Positions 63,294 through 64,000 of a DNA stretch of 64,000 nucleotides are shown in pieces; position 1 is the first letter of the stretch; each line of letters opens with the position of its first letter. Source of the stretch: Octopus sinensis (lineage: Eukaryota); NCBI RefSeq assembly GCF_006345805.1, contig NC_043005.1, positions 97,340,001-97,404,000 on the forward strand. Direction: 5' to 3'. Position numbers and translations under genes: made by a program. A model generated the notes under the pieces. That model was given only the letters and a program-made list of their open reading frames with translations. It did not search any database and was not told the origin of the DNA.

Positions 63294-63809
63294 CTGAGTT
63301 TATTAAATAATATTTATCTTTCACCAGATGGAGTATTGATTTTGTTGATCTTACCATCATAGAATACACTATGTATGTATATCAGTGGTTTCTAAAGTGG
63401 GCAATACTGGCCCCTTGGGGGAAGTGGAAAGATCCAGGGAGGCATTGAAGAAAAGTGGGATGATAATGGGGTGGCCAAAATGGGGTGAAAGAGGTAAAAA
63501 AATAATATTAATAGTATTAATAGGCTAATTAGTTTTAAGGTTTATTAGTGAAATACAGTTGTTTTGAATTTTCTGCAGAAAGTGTTCTATATTTGTGGTG
63601 GGAGGGTGAGGGAGCGCTAGGAATGTGGCCTGGGTGCCAAGATGGCAACAGCCTGAAAAAGCTTGGGAAACTACTGATACACACACACGCACACACAGTG
63701 CAATCATTATCTACAAACAACTTATTCCAGTAGCCTATTTATTAACTAAATTGCTTGTTACACGATTAATTGAAATACATATAAATAAGCAATTTCCAAC
63801 TCTCTCTCG

Positions 63810-63850
<41 letters not shown>

Positions 63851-64000
63851 CAGACACACATGCACACACACACGTGTGCATGCATGCATGTTCTGAATAA
63901 CAGTTTATGTCCAAGAGACGGAGACAGAAGGTACAAAATTCAAACAGAAAATGTGAATTAAAGAGACACAGTGAGACTGTGTTGTTGTTGTTGTTGTTGT

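Overview
Eukaryotic, AT-rich, microsatellite-dense DNA. The repeat inventory (tRNA-derived CORE-like and Nin/Deu-domain SINEs, RTE tails ending in (GAT)n, (TA/CA)n tracts) points to an octopus genome (inference). One host gene spans most of the window on the minus strand. I assembled eight coding exons by hand (51683-51748, 31511-31762, 25786-25933, 22521-22642, 17465-17593, 11266-11328, 4399-4476, 1307-1431), all with GT-AG introns and consistent phases. They encode a ~330-aa single-pass Shisa-like/CX-type protein: signal peptide, Arg/Ser-rich basic segment with a hydrophobic tract, C-C-CC-CC module, TM helix, and a Pro-rich tail with PPPY motifs. The start codon was not located. The introns are filled with decayed TEs (mariner, Tc1, maT/DD37D, pogo- and piggyBac-like MITEs, Helitrons, Gypsy, CR1, RTE, R4/Dong, SINEs) and minisatellites. 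The most striking element is a non-coding block at 48378-51239: two related ~600-bp tandem-repeat families, each unit carrying a type I hammerhead ribozyme with an unusually long stem II. They sit tail-to-tail at a (TA)n tract, and the larger array is sense to the host pre-mRNA (retrozyme/Penelope-LTR-like). All alignments and folds were done by eye.
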